Source of the DNA: Dickeya dadantii NCPPB 898 | GTDB lineage: Bacteria; Pseudomonadota; Gammaproteobacteria; Enterobacterales; Enterobacteriaceae | DNA length: 32,000 bases | Assembly (NCBI RefSeq): GCF_000406145.1 | Contig: NZ_CM001976.1 | Span: 1,435,315 to 1,467,314, forward strand | Direction of reading: 5' to 3' | In this document: in pieces, positions 25,389-32,000 of the stretch | Position numbering within the stretch: the first letter of the stretch is position 1 | How the letters are laid out: the number at the start of each line of letters is the position of its first letter | Program-made: the position numbers and the translations under genes | Notes under the pieces: model-generated | What the model saw: the letters and a program-made list of their open reading frames with translations, nothing else | What the model was told of the DNA's origin: nothing | Database searches by the model: none

Positions 25389-28300
25389 ATGTTGAAAATA
25401 ATCATTACCTTTCTGCGGCAACAGCTGCCGAAACTGAAACCGTCCTGGCTGCTGCTGGGGGTGGTGGTATGGGTGGTGGCGCTGGTGCTGGCCTGGTGGC
25501 TGGGGCCGCGGCTGACCCTCGGCGACATGCGTCCGCTGCAAAGCGTGTGGGGCCGCGTGGTGTTCACGCTGGTCTGGCTGTGGCTAGGCTTTGCCTACAG
25601 TGCCTGGCGCGTCTGGCGCCGGGTGCAGCAATTGCGCGCGGAACGGCGTGAACAGCAGATTATCGAGCAGGACCCGCTGCAGGTGTACGTCGACAGCCAG
25701 CAAACCTTTCTGGATCGCTGGTTGCAGGCGTTTCAGACCCAGTTAGGCAAAAAAGCGCTGTATGCCATGCCCTGGTATCTGGCGATCGGCCTGTCCGGCA
25801 GCGGTAAAAGCAGCCTGATTCATCGCGCCAACCCGGCCAACAAGCTCAACCCGAAGCTGGATGCGGAATTGCGCGAAGTGGCCGGCGGCCAGCAGGTTAA
25901 CAGCTGGGTTGGCGAGTCGGCGGTGATCTGGGATCCTAGCGGCCAACTGCTGGCCCAGCCGGAAGTCGGCGCGGAGCCGTCGGCCGGCCGCCATGCCCGT
26001 CTGTGGCAACACCTGTTGCAGTGGCTGAGCCTCAACCGTCGTCGCCAGCCGCTGAACGGGCTGGTGCTGACCATCGACCTGTCCTGGTTGTCGCAGGCCA
26101 GCGTGTCGGAGCGTAAGGCGTATGCGCAGGTGATGCGCGCTCGCCTGCAGGAAATCGCCGTCAATATCAATACCCGCCTGCCGCTGTACGTGGCGCTGAC
26201 CCGTCTGGACATGCTGCGCGGCTTTGACGTGGTGTACCGCTCGCTGAACCGGGAAGCGCGTCAGGCGGTGCTGGGGGTGACGTTCACGCCGCAGGCCAGC
26301 CACGGCAAAGGCTGGCTGGAGGAGCTGGAGCGCTTCTGGGACGACTGGATCGCCAACCTCAACAATAACCTGCCGGAAATGCTGCTCACGCAGTCGGATC
26401 GCGGCGTGCGCAATACGCTGTTCACCTTCGTGCGCCAGCTGGCCGGGTTGAAGGATTACGTGACGGAAGTGCTGAACGAAACGCTGGCGACCGGCGACGA
26501 CCGCGCATTTCTGGTGCGCGGTGTGTATGTCAGCTCGGTGTACCAGCAGGGCGTGCCGTTCGACGCCTTCGCCCAGTCGGCTTCCCGGCGTTATCAGTTG
26601 CCGGAGCCGATCAACGCCGCCATGCGCGGCGAGTCCAATACCTTCTTCGTGCAGAAGCTGTTCCCGGAGGTGATTTTCCCGGAAGCGAGTCTGGCGGGGG
26701 AAAACCGGCTGCACAGCCTGTATCGCCGTCGCCGTATGAGCATCGGCATTACCTGCATGGTGCTGTTCGGGCTGGCGATGATCGGCAGCTGGCACCATTT
26801 CTATCGGGTGAACGAGGAGGCCGGCCGTAACGTGCTGACCAAGGCGCAGGCGTTCATCGGCACCAACGAACTGGAAGGGCAGGCGGGGTACGGTTATCAG
26901 CAACTGCCGCGTCTGAACCTGATCCGCGACGCCACCCTGTCGTTCGGCAACTACCACGAACGCACGCCGATGCTGGCCGACCTTGGGCTGTATCAGGGCG
27001 ATAAGATCGGCCCTTACGTGGAAGGCTCTTACCTGCAAATGCTCAACCAGCGTTTCCTGCCGGCGGTGATGCAGGGGCTGCTGGAAGACCTGAATCAGGC
27101 GCCGGCCGGCAGCGAGCAGAAACTCACTATTTTGCGGGTGATGCGGATGCTGGACGACGCCTCCGGACGCAACAAGACGCTGGTGGAGCAGTTCATGGCG
27201 CTGCGCTGGCAGAAGGCGTTTCCGGGGCAGGGCAAGGTGCAGGAACAGCTGATGCAGCATCTGGATTACGCGCTGGATCATACTGACTGGCACCAGTCCC
27301 GCGAGCAGAAGGATACGGTGGCGATCTCCACCTTCGCGCCGTTCGTCGACCCGATCGCCGGCGCCCAGCGCGAGCTGAGTAAGTTGCCGATGTACCAGCG
27401 CGTCTACCAGAGTCTGGTGATGAAGGCGACGCAGGTGCTGCCGCCGGATCTGGCGATTCGCGACGAGGTGCTGCCGCCGGATCTGGCGATTCGCGACGAG
27501 GTGGGGCCGACGTTCGATTCGGTCTTCACCCTGCGCAACGACAAGGCGGGCACGGTGCCGCGGCTGCTGACCTATCCCGGCTTCAGCGATTTCTACCTCA
27601 AGCAGGACAAAACGCTGCTGGACCTGACCGCGCTGGATGCCTGGGTGCTGGGCCAGCGTGAGCGCGCCCACCTGAGCGAGGCCGACCGCAAGGAAATTCT
27701 GCGTCAGGTGAACGACCGCTACATCACCGATTACATCAACCAGTGGCAAAAAGCGCTGGCGAATATCGACGTCCAGCCGCTGGAAAGCCCGGAACAGGCG
27801 CTGAATATCCTGACCGATATTACCGGCAACGACCAGCCGTTCCAGCGGGTGCTGACCACGGTGAGCGACAACACCCGCATCCGCAAGCTGGCGGATGACG
27901 AGAACGACACCGCACAGGGCATCAATACCCGCATCGGTCGCCCGTTCATGACCATTAACGCCGCGCTGAGCGGGCGGGGCGACCAGGGGCCGCTGGTGCA
28001 GGAGGTCAACCAGAAGCTGACCGATCTCTACCACTATCTGGATCAGATCGTGAACGCCACCGATCCGGGGCAGGCGGCGCTGAAAGCGGTACAGGCGCGT
28101 CAGGGCAACAAGTTCGCCGACCCGGTGTTCGCGTTGCAGCAGTATGCCCGCAGCCTGCCGGCGCCGCTGGACCGTTGGGTCGGCCAACTGGCGGGAGAAA
28201 GCGCCAGTCTGGTGACCGGGCTGGCGATGTCGTCGCTCAATCAGGAGTGGATGGACAAAGTGGTGACGCCGTTCAACGAGAAACTGGCGGATCGTTACCC

Positions 28301-28919
28301 GTTCAACCCGTCTTCCGACAAGGATGTGCCGTTGTCCGAGATGGAGCGCTTCTTCGCCGTGGGCGGTACGCTGGATAGCTTCTACCAGACCAACCTCAAG
28401 TCGATTATGGACAGCGGCATGCTGGAGGGCGAAGGCGCGTCGCCGTTGCAGACCGAACTGGTGAAACAGCTGGATCGCGCCACCCGTATCCGCCAGACGC
28501 TGTTCAATGCGCAGGGCAGCCTGGAAATACACTTTGTGGTGGAACCGGTGGAGCTGACCGCCAACAAGCGCCGCAGCGTACTGAATCTTGACGGACAGTT
28601 GCTGGAGTACAGCCACGGACGCCGGACCAAAACGCCGCTGGTGTGGCCGAACAGTATGCGCGACGGCGCCGAAAGCAAGCTGACGCTGGTGCCGGATGAC
28701 CGCGAACGCTCGCCGCGCAGCCTGAGCTTCACCGGCCCGTGGGCGATGTTCCGCCTGCTGACCAACGGCCAGCTGACGCAGGTGAACGACAACACCTTCG
28801 ACGTGCGTTTCTCGCTGGAACAAGGCGGCATGACCTATCGCGTTTATACCGACGCCAGCCACAACCCGTTCGCCGGTGGCCTGTTCAGCCAGTTCAAGCT
28901 GCCTGATTCTCTCTATTAA
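25389..28919 (+). CDS. tssM: T6SS membrane-complex subunit TssM (IcmF/VasK)
   Basis: 1176 aa. It has N-terminal transmembrane helices, a Walker A motif (GLSGSGKSS), a third transmembrane helix (ITCMVLFGLAMIGSW), and a large periplasmic domain. Confidence 0.95.
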   Translation: MLKIIITFLRQQLPKLKPSWLLLGVVVWVVALVLAWWLGPRLTLGDMRPLQSVWGRVVFTLVWLWLGFAYSAWRVWRRVQQLRAERREQQIIEQDPLQVYVDSQQTFLDRWLQAFQTQLGKKALYAMPWYLAIGLSGSGKSSLIHRANPANKLNPKLDAELREVAGGQQVNSWVGESAVIWDPSGQLLAQPEVGAEPSAGRHARLWQHLLQWLSLNRRRQPLNGLVLTIDLSWLSQASVSERKAYAQVMRARLQEIAVNINTRLPLYVALTRLDMLRGFDVVYRSLNREARQAVLGVTFTPQASHGKGWLEELERFWDDWIANLNNNLPEMLLTQSDRGVRNTLFTFVRQLAGLKDYVTEVLNETLATGDDRAFLVRGVYVSSVYQQGVPFDAFAQSASRRYQLPEPINAAMRGESNTFFVQKLFPEVIFPEASLAGENRLHSLYRRRRMSIGITCMVLFGLAMIGSWHHFYRVNEEAGRNVLTKAQAFIGTNELEGQAGYGYQQLPRLNLIRDATLSFGNYHERTPMLADLGLYQGDKIGPYVEGSYLQMLNQRFLPAVMQGLLEDLNQAPAGSEQKLTILRVMRMLDDASGRNKTLVEQFMALRWQKAFPGQGKVQEQLMQHLDYALDHTDWHQSREQKDTVAISTFAPFVDPIAGAQRELSKLPMYQRVYQSLVMKATQVLPPDLAIRDEVLPPDLAIRDEVGPTFDSVFTLRNDKAGTVPRLLTYPGFSDFYLKQDKTLLDLTALDAWVLGQRERAHLSEADRKEILRQVNDRYITDYINQWQKALANIDVQPLESPEQALNILTDITGNDQPFQRVLTTVSDNTRIRKLADDENDTAQGINTRIGRPFMTINAALSGRGDQGPLVQEVNQKLTDLYHYLDQIVNATDPGQAALKAVQARQGNKFADPVFALQQYARSLPAPLDRWVGQLAGESASLVTGLAMSSLNQEWMDKVVTPFNEKLADRYPFNPSSDKDVPLSEMERFFAVGGTLDSFYQTNLKSIMDSGMLEGEGASPLQTELVKQLDRATRIRQTLFNAQGSLEIHFVVEPVELTANKRRSVLNLDGQLLEYSHGRRTKTPLVWPNSMRDGAESKLTLVPDDRERSPRSLSFTGPWAMFRLLTNGQLTQVNDNTFDVRFSLEQGGMTYRVYTDASHNPFAGGLFSQFKLPDSLY
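27435..27500 (+). repeat. Perfect 33-bp in-frame tandem duplication inside tssM
   Basis: GTGCTGCCGCCGGATCTGGCGATTCGCGACGAG occurs at 27435-27467 and again, identically, at 27468-27500. It encodes VLPPDLAIRDE twice (TssM residues 683-704). The next bases, GTGG, repeat the first four bases of the unit (GTGC differs at the fourth base). Confidence 0.95.
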
Positions 28920-28925
28920 CCCTGA

Positions 28926-28952
28926 GGGCGCATTCGCGATGCGAATGCGCCC
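28926..28952 (+). other. GC-rich perfect hairpin in the tssM-tagA intergenic gap
   Basis: GGGCGCATTCGC (28926-37), loop GAT, then GCGAATGCGCCC (28941-52). This is a 12-bp perfect stem with no following U-tract. It sits 7 nt after the tssM stop and 19 nt before the tagA ATG. Confidence 0.6.
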
Positions 28953-28970
28953 GTAGCCGGATGATGTGAT

Positions 28971-30404
28971 ATGCAAGATGCACAACAGGCCCTGAAAGTG
29001 GGCCGCGATCCACGGATGCTGCCCGAGTACGAGGCGTTACGTGCGGAAATCAACAAGCTGAGCCATGCCTCCCGCCCGGATGTGGACTGGATGCGGGTGC
29101 ACGATATGGCGACCGCCATCTTCGAGAAGCAGGGCGTCGACCTGCAAACCGCCATCTATTTCACCCTGGCGCGCTCGCGTCTGGCCGGGTTGAACGGCTT
29201 TACCGAGGGCTGTGAATTTCTCGCCAACCTGATCGTGACTCAGTGGGAAAACTTCTGGCCGCCGGTGCATCAGGAGCGGGCGCGTATCGAAATTCTGGAC
29301 TGGTTTATCGCCCGCATCAGCGAGGTGATTCGCCAGTACGCCATCAGCCATGAACACAAACGGCTGGTCTACCGCTGCGAACGCGCGCTGCAACTGATGA
29401 GCGAGAAGCTGCACAACTCCGGCCTGAGCCGCATTCCCCGGGTGGAGAACCTGCTGCACTTTATCGAAGGCTACACCCATCTGTTTGACGAAACCGAGAT
29501 TGTGATTGTCTCTGACGATCAAACACTGAAAAAACAGCAGGATATGCAGATTCCGCCGATGGTGTTCTTCCAGTCCGATATGGAACCGGGCGGGATGGCG
29601 TCCGCGGCGGCGGCAGCCCAGCCGGCGCTGCCGTCGGGCAGTATTCTGGTCGGGCGGGAGAAAGGGCAGATGAAACCGACGGTATTGAAGATTGAGGCGC
29701 ACCGTAAGCAGAAACCGGCCTGGTTCTGGTTTGTCTGCGGCGTACTGACCTGTGCGTTGCCGGTGGCGGCGGTGAGCGGCTGGCAGTACTGGCAGGATCA
29801 GAAAACCGAGGCGCTGGCGCTATTGCAGCAGCCGGCCTACGCGCTGCCGGCCGCGCCGGATCACAATGACATCCGCCGGGTGCGCATCGTGCTGGGCGAA
29901 CAGAAGCTACAAGGCATGGAAGGCGAGCTGATCAACCGTTATCAGGCGCAACTGGAGCAGGTGAAGAACGCCTCGCCGTTCTATCTGTTCCAGTATGGCG
30001 AAGGGCTGAAAGGCGTGATGCAGCAACTGTATCCGGACTCGCTGGCGGTCAAAGAGATGGACCGTCAGTGGCAGAAAGCCCTCGACCGCCAGCAGGGCGA
30101 CAAACCGCCGCGCGTCAGCGGCTACGAACAGGCGCGCGCCGGGGTGGGCGACACCCTGCAACAGCTGCTGGATCTGGAAAAACAGCGTCGCACGGTGACC
30201 ATTTCGTACCTGAAGTCCCAACTCTACGATATTCAGAAAGATTTGGCTTCCGATGTGCCGTTTGGCCTCCGTTTGCGCACGCTGGAGGCGCGCAAGGCCG
30301 CCCGCCAGTCGCTGACCCCGGCGGAGCTGCGCGCCATGGAAGATGAACTGCGTGCGTTCACTATCCGGCTGTACCGGTTGCAGCAAGGCGATAGCGGCAG
30401 TTAA
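28971..30404 (+). CDS. tagA: TssA-like membrane-associated T6SS accessory protein (TagA/VasL family)
   Basis: The N-terminus has an ImpA_N-like pattern (PEYEALRAEINKLSHASRPDVDWMRVHDMATAIFEKQGVDLQTAIYFTLARSRL). An internal hydrophobic helix follows (PAWFWFVCGVLTCALPVAAVSGW). It occupies the position of V. cholerae vasL, directly after tssM. Confidence 0.75.
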   Translation: MQDAQQALKVGRDPRMLPEYEALRAEINKLSHASRPDVDWMRVHDMATAIFEKQGVDLQTAIYFTLARSRLAGLNGFTEGCEFLANLIVTQWENFWPPVHQERARIEILDWFIARISEVIRQYAISHEHKRLVYRCERALQLMSEKLHNSGLSRIPRVENLLHFIEGYTHLFDETEIVIVSDDQTLKKQQDMQIPPMVFFQSDMEPGGMASAAAAAQPALPSGSILVGREKGQMKPTVLKIEAHRKQKPAWFWFVCGVLTCALPVAAVSGWQYWQDQKTEALALLQQPAYALPAAPDHNDIRRVRIVLGEQKLQGMEGELINRYQAQLEQVKNASPFYLFQYGEGLKGVMQQLYPDSLAVKEMDRQWQKALDRQQGDKPPRVSGYEQARAGVGDTLQQLLDLEKQRRTVTISYLKSQLYDIQKDLASDVPFGLRLRTLEARKAARQSLTPAELRAMEDELRAFTIRLYRLQQGDSGS

Positions 30405-30412
30405 GGCCGCTG

Positions 30413-30436
30413 GCCGGGCGGGATGCGCCGCCCGGC
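30413..30436 (+). other. GC-rich hairpin in the tagA-Sel1 intergenic gap
   Basis: GCCGGGCGG (30413-21), loop GATGCG, then CCGCCCGGC (30428-36). This is a 9-bp perfect stem with no U-tract. Confidence 0.5.
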
Positions 30437-30473
30437 GGCGTCGCCGGATGTCACCAGGGGTAACGACGGTAAC

Positions 30474-31841
30474 ATGATGAGAAAAATACGATTATTGACG
30501 GCGCTGTCCGTATGCTTGCTGGCTGCCTGTCAGGCGCCGGTGTCGTCGCTGTCCGATGCGGACCTGCTGAAGTCGGCGGAAAGCGGCAACGGCGAAGCGC
30601 AGTACCGGCTGGCGAAGCAGCTGGCGTCCCGTTCGCACTACGGCGAAGCCATGCAGTGGATGCAAAAGGCGGCGGATCTGTCAGACCTGTCCGGACCGCA
30701 GGAAACCCGTGCGCTGGCGGCGTTGCAGGTGGGCGACTGGTATCAGGCCGGGCTGGGTGAACCGAAAAATACGCCGCTGGCGCGCCAGTGGTGGCAAAAA
30801 GCCTCGCGGCTGGGCAGCGGCGAGGCCGGCTATCGGCTGGGAACCGACTGTCAGGCGCAGCATCAGGGCAAACTGGTGGCGGCCTGTCTGGATGCGTTCG
30901 AACGCGCGGCGGACAATCAGTACGCACCGGCGCAGCTGGTGGTGGCGCAGTGGTACGCCGCCCATCCCGGCGCTGAAGAGGAGGCGACCGGGTGGCTAGA
31001 GAAGGCGGCGGATCTGGGCAACCGCGACGCGCAGTACCAGCTTGCCCAGCGCTATGAGCAAGGCAAAGGCGTGGCGAAACGGACCGACCTGGCCGAGCGC
31101 TGGTATTTCCGGGCGGCGCAAAGAGGGCAACCGCAGGCCCAGTTATGGATGGCGCGGCACGCCGACGGTAAAGACGCGCTCGACTGGTATCAAAAGGCGG
31201 CGAACAGCGGCGAAGCCGACGCGCAGCTGTGGCTGGCGCAGGCTTACCGTGACGGCAACAAGGGGCTGGCGAAGGACGACAAACAGGCGCATTACTGGCT
31301 GGAGCGCGCCTCCGGCAAAGGCAACGGCGAAGCCGATTACAAGCTGAGCCAGATGCAGGCGGACAACGCCAGGCGGGAGCACTATCTGGTGCTGGCGTCG
31401 TCGGCCGGCTATGTGCCGGCGCAGCGTGAACTGGGCGATTGGCTGCTTAAGCGTGGCGAGCTGGAACGAGCCCGCGAGGTGTTCACCAAGGCGGCGACGA
31501 CCGGCGATACCGCATCCCGGCTGGCGTATGGCGAGATGCTGCGGCTGGGGCAGGGCGGAAAAGCCGATTATGTGGAAGCGATGAAACAGTATCGCTTCGC
31601 GGCGCATGACGGCAACCGTATGGCGCAGTATCGTATGGGGATGATGCGGCAGGATGGGCTGGGCGCATCCCGTAATCGTATTCACGCCTACGCCTGGTAC
31701 TCGCTGGCGGCGACCGAAGGCATGGCGGAGGCGATTGCGGCCCGTAACGATCTGGAAGCCACCATGCAGCCGGATGAAATCAAGGCCGGGCAGAAACTGG
31801 CTATGCATTGGTCGACAGGCAAAGAGACGGATACACAGTGA
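30474..31841 (+). CDS. Sel1-like repeat (SLR/TPR-type) lipoprotein
   Basis: ATG 30474 gives MMRKIRLLTALSVCLLAAC, a signal peptide with a lipobox. The track's 30423 start would bury the signal peptide. About 9-10 Sel1 repeats are visible (e.g. GNGEAQYRLAKQLA, GNRDAQYQLAQRYEQGKGVAKRTDLAERWYFRAAQRGQPQAQLWMA, GEADAQLWLAQAYRDG, GNRMAQYRMGMMRQDGLG...AYAWYSLAA). Confidence 0.85.
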   Translation: MMRKIRLLTALSVCLLAACQAPVSSLSDADLLKSAESGNGEAQYRLAKQLASRSHYGEAMQWMQKAADLSDLSGPQETRALAALQVGDWYQAGLGEPKNTPLARQWWQKASRLGSGEAGYRLGTDCQAQHQGKLVAACLDAFERAADNQYAPAQLVVAQWYAAHPGAEEEATGWLEKAADLGNRDAQYQLAQRYEQGKGVAKRTDLAERWYFRAAQRGQPQAQLWMARHADGKDALDWYQKAANSGEADAQLWLAQAYRDGNKGLAKDDKQAHYWLERASGKGNGEADYKLSQMQADNARREHYLVLASSAGYVPAQRELGDWLLKRGELERAREVFTKAATTGDTASRLAYGEMLRLGQGGKADYVEAMKQYRFAAHDGNRMAQYRMGMMRQDGLGASRNRIHAYAWYSLAATEGMAEAIAARNDLEATMQPDEIKAGQKLAMHWSTGKETDTQ

Positions 31842-31863
31842 TGCGAAAATTAAAGGAAAGCGT

Positions 31864-32000
31864 ATGAAACGGAACGGATATCTCGCCCTGCTGCTGGGCA
31901 TGGCGGCGCTGTCGTCACAGGCGGAAGTAAAGCCGCCCTATCAGGTTGAGCAAGGTAAGGTGGTGTACCGGGTATCGGTGAATGCGGATCCGCAGGTGCT
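31864..32000 (+). CDS. Exported protein of unknown function, 5' fragment (runs off the window)
   Basis: ATG 31864 has AGGA at 31854-31857 (6-nt spacer). The frame stays open to the window end. It reads MKRNGYLALLLGMAALSSQA/EVKPPYQVEQGKVVYRVSVNADPQV, which looks like a Sec signal peptide with an AxA-like cleavage site. It is absent from the ORF track because no stop codon is reached. Confidence 0.5.
   Translation, partial: MKRNGYLALLLGMAALSSQAEVKPPYQVEQGKVVYRVSVNADPQV

Noticed and set aside
25379-25651. A 90-aa plus-strand ORF overlapping the tssM 5' end in another frame (Gly/Ala-rich)
   Set aside because: This is an out-of-frame overlap with the TssM N-terminal transmembrane region, which has the canonical opening MLKIIITFLRQQLPKLKPSWLLLG. 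Its translation is low-complexity.
25743-28985. A 1080-aa ORF on the minus strand, opposite tssM
   Set aside because: This is a shadow ORF of the same kind, with R/Q/H/A-rich low-complexity translation. The plus-strand product has TssM transmembrane helices, a Walker A motif and full-length family architecture.
6878-30473. Extended N-termini offered by the ORF track (6878 for the immunity gene, 10617 tssC, 14293 tssG, 15243 tagH, 23325 vasI, 23900 tssA, 30423 Sel1)
   Set aside because: In each case a downstream start has a better SD or a stop/start overlap typical of coupling. The downstream start also yields the family-typical N-terminus or exposes the signal peptide. The extensions lie inside the preceding gene or inside an intergenic hairpin.

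Overview
All homology calls below come from reading the supplied translations and recalling family motifs. No database or HMM search was run.

The window looks like a GC-rich enterobacterial chromosome. It carries an ERIC/IRU repeat. A Pectobacteriaceae or Dickeya-like origin is only a guess.

Layout, left to right:
1. The distal end of a T6SS effector island (4-7298). It holds two translationally coupled DUF4123-type adaptor genes and a 1670-aa Rhs effector. The Rhs has no recognisable PAAR domain and ends in a WHH/HNH-type nuclease tip after the DPLGL boundary. An AT-rich, very acidic putative immunity gene and a clean rho-independent terminator follow. An upstream gene, probably vgrG, ends at nt 2-4 (TAATG overlap).
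2. A minus-strand SymE/AbrB-like reading frame broken by three in-frame TAG codons (7318-7656).
3. An M20-family amidohydrolase (7979-9136).
4. A roughly 970-bp, extremely AT-rich non-coding leader that contains an ERIC element (9137-10108).
5. A tightly packed, single-strand T6SS core operon in the Vibrio cholerae vas gene order: tssB-tssC-tssE-tssF-tssG-tagH(fha)-tssJ-tssK-tssL-tssH(clpV)-vasH-vasI-tssA-tssM-tagA/vasL (10109-30404).
6. A Sel1-repeat lipoprotein, then the 5' end of a signal-peptide protein that runs off the window.

No hcp, vgrG, PAAR, ppkA/pppA, tRNA, rRNA, CRISPR array or IS element is visible.

The most interesting items are the PAAR-less Rhs N-terminal delivery region with its two adaptors, the low-GC toxin/immunity cassette, the triple-amber SymE-like frame, and a perfect 33-bp in-frame tandem duplication inside tssM. 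The long antisense ORFs in the track are shadow ORFs of GC-rich genes.
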